Shown: positions 18,579-26,897 of the stretch, piece after piece
Layout of the letters: every line of letters starts with the position of its first letter
How positions within the stretch are numbered: the first letter of the stretch is position 1
Assembly (NCBI GenBank): GCA_005804965.1
Contig: SYOC01000311.1
Location: 1 to 60,249, forward strand
DNA: 60,249 bases
Source of the DNA: Pseudomonadota bacterium
Lineage (GTDB): Bacteria; Desulfobacterota; Binatia; Bin18
Direction of reading: 5' to 3'
Notes under the pieces: model-generated
Databases searched by the model: none
The model's input: the letters and a program-made list of their open reading frames with translations, nothing else
What the model was told of the DNA's origin: nothing
Translations under genes and position numbers: made by a program

Positions 18579-19244
18579 TCATTCCTGCGCCAGCGGCAAA
18601 AACGCCAGAGCCATCGTCGTGACCGTCAGCATGGCTGCCGCCAAGACGAGTAATACGATGCGCAGCCTCGGTTCCTCGAACACAGCGGCGATGCCACCCA
18701 GGAACAGCACGATGCCGTACAAAACCGTCAACAACAGGTAGGTATCCGAAATCTCGTCGGCATCTCGCGCCTCGGCGAAATTCTTCGTTTCGTCCATCTG
18801 CAACTGGCGTGCTTCCTTCCCCGCAGCCAGGACGTATGCGTCCATGCTAAAGGGTGTGAGCGGAGCCGAAGGGTTGTGCCAGGGTTTCGTGGCTAACCAC
18901 GCTTCGACAGCGACGCGCATCTCCGGACGGAAGCGTTGAAAGAGAAATTCCGCCAGTTGATCGTTTTTTTCGATGATCGCGCTGACATAACGCTCAAAGA
19001 GGACGGCATCGAGGCTGCGCAGTTGGTTCGAGTACAAGTCCTTACCTGCGGCCTGCCGACCAGCAGCGTTGGCTTCGGCAATGCGGAAGGTCTGGATACC
19101 CTCCCACAGCGCGGCTTGATATGCACTCCAGGCGGAGGCCAACGTGGCCACCCCCAAAAGAACAGCGGCAAGGACATCGAACCAACCTGCCCAAGAATCG
19201 ACCTCGTAGCGAAATGCATCCGCTCTGCTCTCGGTTTCCGTCAT
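18579..19244 (-). CDS. Membrane protein, unknown function (DUF4337-like layout)
   Basis: 221-aa ORF with one N-terminal TM, a long helical region and two C-terminal TMs. The family is uncertain. Confidence 0.5.
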   Translation of the reverse strand: MTETESRADAFRYEVDSWAGWFDVLAAVLLGVATLASAWSAYQAALWEGIQTFRIAEANAAGRQAAGKDLYSNQLRSLDAVLFERYVSAIIEKNDQLAEFLFQRFRPEMRVAVEAWLATKPWHNPSAPLTPFSMDAYVLAAGKEARQLQMDETKNFAEARDADEISDTYLLLTVLYGIVLFLGGIAAVFEEPRLRIVLLVLAAAMLTVTTMALAFLPLAQE

Positions 19245-19310
19245 AACGTCATCTTTCTGAACATTCCGCCCGCGCCGGTTTGCCTCAGCAAAGGCAACCT
19301 CGTGTCTCAG

Positions 19311-19568
19311 TCAGTCCTCGTCCACTTGTTGTTCAGCCAGTACTTGAGCAATGAAGTTCAGCAGCTCCTCAAGTGACTGAAAATGCAGGACTTGGGCGGA
19401 CAGCAAGTGTTCAACTCGCCCCTGCCACTGCCCTCGCTCGGGCTGAGCGGCGGCATGCAGCTGCAGAACAAACCCACGATTAGCTGGGAGAGAAGGCTTT
19501 TGTTTCGGTGACATTCCGTTTTTCGTTCTATCGACAGAAAAATTGAGCGACGCCCGTTTGACACTCAC
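19311..19568 (-). CDS. Small hypothetical protein (85 aa from GTG 19568, or 67 aa from ATG 19514)
   Basis: ...RGFVLQLHAAAQPERGQWQGRVEHLLSAQVLHFQSLEELLNFIAQVL. It is the first gene of the long minus-strand gene string and is divergent from the regulator gene. Coding status is not proven. Confidence 0.45.
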   Translation of the reverse strand: MSVKRASLNFSVDRTKNGMSPKQKPSLPANRGFVLQLHAAAQPERGQWQGRVEHLLSAQVLHFQSLEELLNFIAQVLAEQQVDED

Positions 19569-19620
19569 AACCGTTTAGGGGCGTTGTCGGTTCTGCGCCA
19601 AAACAGTAAGGTAGCCTGCG

Positions 19621-19669
19621 GTTCAGGTACAGAAGAGAAACGTAAATTACGGTTCAGATTCCGGTTCAG
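19621..19669 (+). promoter_or_regulatory. Three-box GGTTCAG array C (candidate operator, divergent intergenic region)
   Basis: GGTTCAGGTACAg-N18-GGTTCAGATTcc-GGTTCAG. GTTCAG starts at 19621, 19652 and 19664 (offsets 31 and 12, one extra helical turn). It ends 23 nt before ATG 19692 of the regulator gene. Confidence 0.6.
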
Positions 19670-19691
19670 ATACGTGGAGCAGGATAGTTGA

Positions 19692-22600
19692 ATGGCACAA
19701 AAAATTGGCAACCCCGCTTACGAGACAACTCAGACGGAGCTGCGCTTTGGCCCGTTTCGTTTGGAAGGCAGCAAGCGGCTGTGGCGTGGAGATCACGCAG
19801 TGGAGATCCGACCGCGTCCCTTAGCCATGTTGCGCTATTTAGCCGAACGCCCAGGCCAACTCATCGCCAAGAACGAGTTGCTCAAGCAGTTGTGGCCAGG
19901 CATCTACGTGTCGGACACTGTCGTCAAAGTGTGTACACGTGAGATCCGCCAAGCGCTGCAGGATGACGTGGCGACACCGCAGTTTATCGAAACTGCCGGG
20001 ACGCGGGGGTATCGGTTCATTGCCCCTCTCATCACAGCCACCCCGGTTGCAAGCCCACAGACTGAGCCACCCCCAAGCCCCCCTCAGTCTCTCATCCCCA
20101 ATTTCACCGGACGAGAAGAGGAACTCGCGCAGCTCCAGGACTGGTACGACCAAATGCAACAGGGTGCGCAGCAGATCGTTTTCGTTTCTGGCGAGGCGGG
20201 CATCGGGAAAACCACGCTCGTGGAACGTTTTTTAGCGCAAGTGTCAGGGCAAGACGCTATTCGTATCGGGCGTGGTCATTGCCTCGAACAGCAAGAGCGA
20301 GGAGAAGCCTACTTGCCGGTCTTGCAAGCCTTGCAACAATTATGTCGGACGGCCGATGGGGAGGCGGTCATCGCAGTGCTGCGTCGCTATGCGCCGCTGT
20401 GGTTGCTCCAGCTCTCGGGCGTTATTGAGGCGGATGAGAGGGAAACGTTGCAGCGACAACTGCAAGGCAGCAACCCGCAACGCATGTTACGCGAGTTCGG
20501 AGAAGCCATCGCCCATTTAACGTCTGAGCAGGTATTGTTCCTTGTTTTCGAGGACTTGCACTGGAGTGATGTTGCGACCCTAGAACTCTTGTCATATCTA
20601 GGTCAGCGACGAGAGCAGACCCGACTCATGGTGCTCAGCACCTATCGGCCAGCAGAAACGGTAGCCAGCCAACATCCGCTCCGCAGAATCGAACAGGAAA
20701 TGATTGGGCGGGGGCAGTGCCATGAACTGGCGCTCGAACTGTGGACTGAAGCAGAAGTCGAGCGCTACTTGACTTCCCGTTTGTCGGCAAGCCCAGTCGT
20801 GGCCGCCTTGTGGCCAGTGATTCATCGTTGTACCGATGGCAATGCGCTGTTTGTCGCACATTTTCTGGACTATCTGCTGCACCAGAAGCTGCTAGTCGCC
20901 ACTCAAGACGGCTGGGAACTCCGCCTGGAGCCTACGGCCATCGAAGAACTCATCCCTGACCACGTGCAACGGCTCATTACCAAGCAGATTGAAGGGCTCA
21001 GCAAAGACGCGCAGCAGGCGCTGGAAGTGGCCAGTATGGTCGGGAGGACCTTCACCGCGTATGAGGCGGCAGCCGTACTCGGGAGCGACCCGGAAACACT
21101 CGAAGTGCTTTACGAGGAACTCGAAAATCAAGAGCGACTGATCAACATACAAGAAATTGCCGAATGGCCCAATGGAACGATGGCCGTGCGCTATCGCTTT
21201 CGCCATGCTTTGCATCGCCATGTTGTGTATCAGAGGATTGGACCGGCACGACGAATGCGCTGGCACCGGCAATTGGGCGAGCACTTGAGCAATGTTTATG
21301 GAGAACACGCCCCGGAGGTGGCCAGCGCAATCGCCTTCCACTTCGAACGGGGGCGAGATTATCCACACGCCATCCGCTATTACCAGCAGGCCGGGGAAAG
21401 TGCGTTACGCCGCAGTGCTCATGTCGAGGCGGCACAACACCTCACGCAAGGTTTGGCACTGTTGTCCACCTTGCCGGAGACCTCGGAACGGATGCGGCAA
21501 GAACTCGCCTTGCGGATTCCGCTTCATGTCGCCTTATTGGCCAGTCATGGGCTGTCGGCCCCTGAACTAGAAGAAAACCTGGAACGCGCACAGTCATTGT
21601 GCAACATCTTGGATGACCTCCCCCAATTTACCACAGTTTTGATCGGTCTAGCACGGCTGTATATCACTCGTTCAGATCGCCTCAAAGCCGAAGCAGCCAT
21701 CGAGCAAGAACAGCACTTGCTCCTACGGCTCACTGATCCAGCGATCTTGGTAAAACTCCATACCCAGCTAGGCGTGCTGGAGCTGGTGCGTGGTGCGCAC
21801 CGCCGGGTGCAAGAGCACCACGCGCAAGTCTTTGCGCTCTATGACGCCACGGCGCAGAGCACCCTACGGTTTTCCTTCGGCATAGATCCGCACGCGCTTG
21901 CGTTGGTGATGTCGGGCGTGAGTCTGTGGCTCCGAGGCTGGCCGGAGCAAGCCTGGAGTGCTGCTGAGCGGGGCATTGCCCGCGCCCAGGAGATTGCTCA
22001 CCCGTTTTCTTTGGCGAATGTACTCTCCTTTGCTGTGTGGGTGCGGCAGTTCCGCAGCGAACTCGATCAAGCCTGGAGCCTAACGCAAACGCTGGTGACA
22101 TTGGAGCGCGAGTACGGCTTTGCGACGAATGTCTCGCGAACAGCCATAGAACAAGGCTGTGTTTTGGTGCGACGCGGTGAACTGACCGAAGGCATTCAGT
22201 TGCTTGTCGAAGGCATCAATCAGCATCGAGCTACGGGCGCACAGATCATGCTGCCGTACTCCCTCTCTTTCCTCGCCGAAGCCTACGGACAGCAAGGACA
22301 GTTTGCCGAAGGGCTCGCCACGATTAATGAAGCCATCCATCTAACAGAAACGAGCTTCGACCGCCTGTGGGCGGCGGAGGTGCATCGCATCAAAGGCGAA
22401 TTGACTCTGCAACAGGCCTGCTTTCAAGAAAGTCAAAAGGCAAAGGGCAAAAGTCAAAAACTGCCAACCGCCAATCTCCAGGCAGAAGCTGAGACGTGTT
22501 TTCATAAGGCCGTTGAGATTGCTCGGCAACAAGAAGCGAAATCGCTGGAATTGCGCGCGGCGATGAGCCTCGCACGGCTGTGGCGGACCCAGGGCAAAAC

Positions 22601-22706
22601 CACCGACGCGAAGCAGGTGTTGGCGGACATCTACGGCTGGTTTACCGAGGGATTCGATACGGCGGATTTGCAACAGGCAAGGACGCTGCTCACTGAACTC
22701 TCCTAA
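19692..22706 (+). CDS. Transcriptional regulator: OmpR/PhoB-type winged-helix DNA-binding domain + P-loop NTPase + TPR/helical repeats (STAND-type)
   Basis: The N-terminus LRFGPFRLE...RPLAMLRYLAERPGQLIAKNELLKQLWPGIYVSDTVVKVCTREIRQAL...TAGTRGYRF matches a trans_reg_C winged helix. Walker A is VSGEAGIGKTTL and Walker B-like is LVFEDLHWSD. A ~600-aa helical/TPR-like C-terminus follows. Confidence 0.85.
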   Translation: MAQKIGNPAYETTQTELRFGPFRLEGSKRLWRGDHAVEIRPRPLAMLRYLAERPGQLIAKNELLKQLWPGIYVSDTVVKVCTREIRQALQDDVATPQFIETAGTRGYRFIAPLITATPVASPQTEPPPSPPQSLIPNFTGREEELAQLQDWYDQMQQGAQQIVFVSGEAGIGKTTLVERFLAQVSGQDAIRIGRGHCLEQQERGEAYLPVLQALQQLCRTADGEAVIAVLRRYAPLWLLQLSGVIEADERETLQRQLQGSNPQRMLREFGEAIAHLTSEQVLFLVFEDLHWSDVATLELLSYLGQRREQTRLMVLSTYRPAETVASQHPLRRIEQEMIGRGQCHELALELWTEAEVERYLTSRLSASPVVAALWPVIHRCTDGNALFVAHFLDYLLHQKLLVATQDGWELRLEPTAIEELIPDHVQRLITKQIEGLSKDAQQALEVASMVGRTFTAYEAAAVLGSDPETLEVLYEELENQERLINIQEIAEWPNGTMAVRYRFRHALHRHVVYQRIGPARRMRWHRQLGEHLSNVYGEHAPEVASAIAFHFERGRDYPHAIRYYQQAGESALRRSAHVEAAQHLTQGLALLSTLPETSERMRQELALRIPLHVALLASHGLSAPELEENLERAQSLCNILDDLPQFTTVLIGLARLYITRSDRLKAEAAIEQEQHLLLRLTDPAILVKLHTQLGVLELVRGAHRRVQEHHAQVFALYDATAQSTLRFSFGIDPHALALVMSGVSLWLRGWPEQAWSAAERGIARAQEIAHPFSLANVLSFAVWVRQFRSELDQAWSLTQTLVTLEREYGFATNVSRTAIEQGCVLVRRGELTEGIQLLVEGINQHRATGAQIMLPYSLSFLAEAYGQQGQFAEGLATINEAIHLTETSFDRLWAAEVHRIKGELTLQQACFQESQKAKGKSQKLPTANLQAEAETCFHKAVEIARQQEAKSLELRAAMSLARLWRTQGKTTDAKQVLADIYGWFTEGFDTADLQQARTLLTELS

Positions 22707-22762
22707 GAAGCACAAGTCAGGGCTTCACCAGCAGCGCTTTCCCTTCCTCGGCACAGGTCAAT

Positions 22763-22801
22763 CCGAACCGCAATCTGAACCACAGATCTCTATTCCTGAA
22801 C
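22763..22801 (-). promoter_or_regulatory. Three-box GGTTCAG array D (inverted orientation)
   Basis: The minus strand reads GGTTCAGGAATAg-N8-GGTTCAGATTgc-GGTTCGG. Box starts are at 22801, 22780 and 22768 (offsets 21 and 12). Box 1 lies 68 nt from ATG 22869, the same distance as array B. An extra plus-strand GTTCAGGCAC sits at 22823. Confidence 0.55.
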
Positions 22802-22868
22802 CGAGGGTAGACATACGGTGTCGTTCAGGCACGGAAAATTGCCCTCAGAAAAGAAAGGAGATCCTATC

Positions 22869-23594
22869 ATGCAAAAGCTTACATCACTGAGACTTGCAGG
22901 CGCACTCATCGCTTGCCTCAACTGCGGCAGTGCTCTTGCCGCCGATAAACCGGAGTATTCAGGGTTTCTCGCGGACTATTCGCAGTTACAGTCCCGTGCT
23001 GACTCCAACATGCTCTACAATTACATCTACGAAAAACCTGGGACCGATTTTGCCCAGTACAGTAAATTTCTCATTGAGTCCGTGACCGTTTTCCCGAGTA
23101 AAGAGGCTAACTTTAAGGGCATTAACGCCAACGACCTGACGCTCTTGCAGAAGTACTTCCACGATGCCGTGGCTAAAGCCCTGACCGAGAATAACGGCTA
23201 CCAAGTCGTCGAGGAACCCGGCCCTGGCACGGTCCGTATTCGCGCAGCGTTTACCGATTTGGTGCCAGTGAATGCAGCGATGAATACCGCGACAACCATC
23301 GTACCACAGATGCGCATAGTGTCCGGAATCATCGGCGCGGCCACTAGTTCCAACCTCTTTGTCGGGCAAATCGGCATGGAGCTCGAGTTTCTTGACGCAC
23401 AAAGCAACGAACGCATCGCGGCAGCGGTGACCAAGCAAGCGGGAAAGAAGTATATTCCGCTGACCGACAGAAAATTTGACCCGACCAGCACTTGGGGACA
23501 GGTCGAACAAGAAATGGACTATCTAGCAAAGAAATTGCGCACCCGGGTCGATCAGTTGCACGGGAAAGCCCCTGCTGCCGAGAAGGCCAACTAG
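22869..23594 (+). CDS. DUF3313-like lipoprotein
   Basis: ORF 22818..23594 trimmed to ATG 22869, which is preceded by AAAGGAGA. Lipobox ACLN|CGS. YSGFLADYSQLQ resembles the DUF3313 N-terminal motif. Confidence 0.6.
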   Translation: MQKLTSLRLAGALIACLNCGSALAADKPEYSGFLADYSQLQSRADSNMLYNYIYEKPGTDFAQYSKFLIESVTVFPSKEANFKGINANDLTLLQKYFHDAVAKALTENNGYQVVEEPGPGTVRIRAAFTDLVPVNAAMNTATTIVPQMRIVSGIIGAATSSNLFVGQIGMELEFLDAQSNERIAAAVTKQAGKKYIPLTDRKFDPTSTWGQVEQEMDYLAKKLRTRVDQLHGKAPAAEKAN

Positions 23595-23642
23595 GACAAG
23601 AACAACAAATCCGTATAGGCAAACGCACCGACGTCTTGGAGT

Positions 23643-23663
23643 GCGGAGCAGCAGCTCCGCTTT
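23643..23663 (+). terminator. Candidate intrinsic terminator after the DUF3313 gene
   Basis: gcggagc-agca-gctccgc is a 7-bp GC-rich stem with a 4-nt loop, followed by TTTGTCT. It sits in the convergent intergenic gap. Confidence 0.45.
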
Positions 23664-23731
23664 GTCTCCCGGTGGCCGATGAACACAAAAGCGCTGCTCA
23701 TGCGGCGCACTCCACAGTAGAGCCGCCTTGC

Positions 23732-24664
23732 TCAGTCAAACCCGATTCGTTCATCAAGCAAATAGAGCGGACGCTGTTTCACCTCTTCGTACACGCGCCC
23801 GAGGTACTCACCAATAATGCCCAGCGCGACCAATTGCACGCCACCTAAAAAAAGCACGGCGACCATGAGCGAGGTCCACCCCGGCACTGTCTGCGTGGTA
23901 AAAAGCCGCAAGATGATCGCATACACGGCATAGAGAAAACTGAGTACGGAAATACTCACCCCCAGATACGTAGCAACTTGCAACGGCGCGAACGAGAACG
24001 CCGTCAAGCCGTCGAGTGCGAATTTGAGCATTTTGCGCAGCGGATATTTCGTCTCTCCAGCCATGCGTTCTTTGCGAGTGTAGGTCACGCCGGTCTGCCG
24101 GTACCCGACCCAGCTCACAAGCCCACGCACGAAGCGGCTGCGCTCACGCGCGGATTGCAGCGCATCTACCGCCCGCCGACTCATGAGGCGAAAGTCGCCA
24201 GTATCAAGAGGAATATCCACTTGCGTCATAGCTCGTAGCAGACGATAGAATACCGCTGCCGTCCCTAGCTTGAAGGCACTCTCACCTTCCCGTTTATCGC
24301 GCACAGCATAGACGACGTCGTAGCCTTCTCGCCATTTATCGAGCAGTTGTGGCAATACCTCTGGCGGGTCTTGCAAATCCGCATCCATCACTATGACGGC
24401 TGCGCCTGTAGCTTGATCAAGGCCACAGGTAATCGCTGTCTGATGGCCGAAATTACGCGAGAGGCTCACCACTTTCACGTGAGAATCATCAGTATGGAGA
24501 CGCTTCAGCGAGGCAAGGCTCCCATCGCGACTGCCATCGTTCACGAACACGATCTCATACGCCTCGCCATACGCGCCCAGCACTTCGCTCAGACGCTGAT
24601 ATAAGATGGGCAGGATTTGCTCTTCATTGAAGACGGGAATAACAACAGAAACAGTCGGTGGCAC
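23732..24664 (-). CDS. GT2 polyprenyl-phosphate glycosyltransferase (ArnC / Dpm1-like)
   Basis: VSVVIPVFNEEQILPILYQRL...YEIVFVNDGSRDGS...VMDADLQDPPE plus two C-terminal TM helices is the typical ArnC/GtrB architecture. Confidence 0.85.
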   Translation of the reverse strand: MPPTVSVVIPVFNEEQILPILYQRLSEVLGAYGEAYEIVFVNDGSRDGSLASLKRLHTDDSHVKVVSLSRNFGHQTAITCGLDQATGAAVIVMDADLQDPPEVLPQLLDKWREGYDVVYAVRDKREGESAFKLGTAAVFYRLLRAMTQVDIPLDTGDFRLMSRRAVDALQSARERSRFVRGLVSWVGYRQTGVTYTRKERMAGETKYPLRKMLKFALDGLTAFSFAPLQVATYLGVSISVLSFLYAVYAIILRLFTTQTVPGWTSLMVAVLFLGGVQLVALGIIGEYLGRVYEEVKQRPLYLLDERIGFD

Positions 24665-24706
24665 TCAGGTTCTCCCTTTCGATTACAAACGTCTCAGGGC
24701 ATCCCG

Positions 24707-26878
24707 TTAAGAGGAGGGTTCACGCGCAGGAGCAGAAGGAGCAATGGCACCGATGGCTGCGCGCGACCCACCTTCATCGAGCGTCACTTCCGCAGGCGCA
24801 TTGGTAATGGCGAGACGAGTGCCGGAGTCACGAAAAAAAACGCCGACGCGCAGGGCAAGGCTTTCCTCAGAGAGATGTTTCGGCAGAAAGTAGAGATCCC
24901 GGTCTTTCAGCAGCGCACCTGGTAGCCACCACGAGGTCGGGTAGCGTCCCCGCGCCGGCGCATGATCCCAGTTCGTACGCGTCTGCGGCTCTGCATCCGC
25001 CGTAACGTGGACGAACATATGATAATCCTTCGTCAACGTCTTCAGCGCTCGCCAATAATACGTCACCACAAAGGCATGCCCTCGTGTCAGCGTCCCTTTG
25101 TCTTCCAGGTCGTAGCCAACTAACTCCAGCTCATCACCAAAACGCACCGGCGTGGAAAAGCGGAAAGACGGCTCGTCGGGAGCCGTTAGGTCGACTTGCC
25201 GCTCGTACAAGATCGCTTCCGAGCCATCCGGTAAAGGAAAACGCGGCGTTACTTCGGCAAAGCCGGATTCAGGAGAACGTAAAAAAGCGAGGATCTCGTC
25301 GTTGTAGGTCGTCAGCCAGCGCTCGCCCGGGCTGCCCGTCTTCACTACCGCAAAATCCACGCCTTGTAGGTGGATGCGATATTCCGGCCCTTCGGAAAAA
25401 CGCGGATCGCCAGGATGTGTCACACCGACCGGAAGCTGCAGCAAGGTCGTGAAATAGGTAAAGGTGCTGGCATTCAACAACGGAGCATCGGGGATGATGC
25501 CGAGCACCGCCGGGCGGGCCATCGTCCGTCTATCGTCGAGTCCCAGCGACCCTCCTACGACACGTTGCAAAATCTCCGCTATCGGCCAGTGTTCTTGTTG
25601 GGGCAAGGCGAAATAGGGCGCAGATTCGGGAGACCCTTGCCGGAGGAGAGCAAGACGCGGTAACGCTTCATGGAGCGAGATCTCAATCAGACCGGGCAAA
25701 GCCCGCCACCCGTACGAGGCGAGCCAAAATTGCATGAGGAGTAACACCACGACTCCACCGCCAGCAAAGCTTCGCCATTTCGACTTGGGGACAAAAGCGC
25801 TGCCCCAGGCGGCAACCACTGCCATAGCCGGCAGAACAGGCGTGATGTTTTTCTGATCTTGCGAGGGCAAGGTCGAGAAAAAAAGATAGGCAACAGCAAT
25901 CGAAACGAACAACAGGACAAAGCCGTGGAGTGCACTAGAGGGAGCGGCGATTTTCTGCCTAGCGAATGCCATTCGGTTATGCCACAGCAAGGCCACACCT
26001 GCGAGAAACAGCCCCAGCCCAACGAGCGTCAAATGCCCATTCACAAACCCAATGCCATACGACGCCAACGCCTGCCACGTGAATGGGTTCGAAGGACCAT
26101 AGCCGACCGCTTCCTCACCGTAGGCAGCGCTGAGCGAACGCGCGATAAGCGGCTTGAGATTGAGCAAATACCATGGTGCTGCCACCAGCGCCGCAATGCC
26201 CAGGGAAGGCACGAGATAGCGTCCGAGTCGTGGCGGCCCAGACTTTGAGCGTCCGAGTATCAAACCTCCGCCCTTCCATATCGCCCATACACTCACGCTC
26301 AAAGGTCCGATTAAAAAAATCGGAAAGAACGCACGACACAACCACCCCAACCCCAAGGTCACGCCCAACGCGACTGAGGGCCATTTGTGAGCAAACCCTT
26401 CCGTCCGCACTAACCAGTACAGCGCAGCGGCAACCAACGCCGTGTTCCAAAAATCGAAGAGAAATATCCGTGAGAGCCCGAATGCCGCCGGATAGGTTGC
26501 GACGAAAAAAGCGGCAAGAACCCCAGTGGCCGGTGAACGCAGCCGTGCACCCAAACCATAAGTAGCCAATACCAGGATGACAAATGCAATCAGGTTGATC
26601 GACAAAGCCGCGCTTGCCGATTTGCCGAAGAGGAAATACGTCGGCACGGCTAGGAGCGGCAAGAATGGTGGTCGCGAGCGATCAACCGACAGCACGGAGG
26701 TGAAGAACCCGGAGAGTCCGTCCTCAAAAAGTGCCTCGTGATATTTGAAGCTGGAAGTGAGATACGCAGCGTCGTCCCAGCGTGGCGGACGAGTGTCAAT
26801 ATGGAGCCAGAGCAGATTAGCAATGAGGCTCCCGGCAATAATCATCCCCAACCACAAGCGGGGCGAACGTACATTCAC
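24707..26878 (-). CDS. ArnT/PMT-like (GT39/GT83-type) membrane glycosyltransferase with a ~300-aa C-terminal soluble extension
   Basis: The N-terminus LWLHIDTRPPRWDDAAYL is followed by more than 10 TM helices, giving a PMT_2-like layout. It lies adjacent to the ArnC-like gene. Confidence 0.7.
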   Translation of the reverse strand: MNVRSPRLWLGMIIAGSLIANLLWLHIDTRPPRWDDAAYLTSSFKYHEALFEDGLSGFFTSVLSVDRSRPPFLPLLAVPTYFLFGKSASAALSINLIAFVILVLATYGLGARLRSPATGVLAAFFVATYPAAFGLSRIFLFDFWNTALVAAALYWLVRTEGFAHKWPSVALGVTLGLGWLCRAFFPIFLIGPLSVSVWAIWKGGGLILGRSKSGPPRLGRYLVPSLGIAALVAAPWYLLNLKPLIARSLSAAYGEEAVGYGPSNPFTWQALASYGIGFVNGHLTLVGLGLFLAGVALLWHNRMAFARQKIAAPSSALHGFVLLFVSIAVAYLFFSTLPSQDQKNITPVLPAMAVVAAWGSAFVPKSKWRSFAGGGVVVLLLMQFWLASYGWRALPGLIEISLHEALPRLALLRQGSPESAPYFALPQQEHWPIAEILQRVVGGSLGLDDRRTMARPAVLGIIPDAPLLNASTFTYFTTLLQLPVGVTHPGDPRFSEGPEYRIHLQGVDFAVVKTGSPGERWLTTYNDEILAFLRSPESGFAEVTPRFPLPDGSEAILYERQVDLTAPDEPSFRFSTPVRFGDELELVGYDLEDKGTLTRGHAFVVTYYWRALKTLTKDYHMFVHVTADAEPQTRTNWDHAPARGRYPTSWWLPGALLKDRDLYFLPKHLSEESLALRVGVFFRDSGTRLAITNAPAEVTLDEGGSRAAIGAIAPSAPAREPSS

Positions 26879-26897
26879 GTGCGATACCCGCCAGTCC

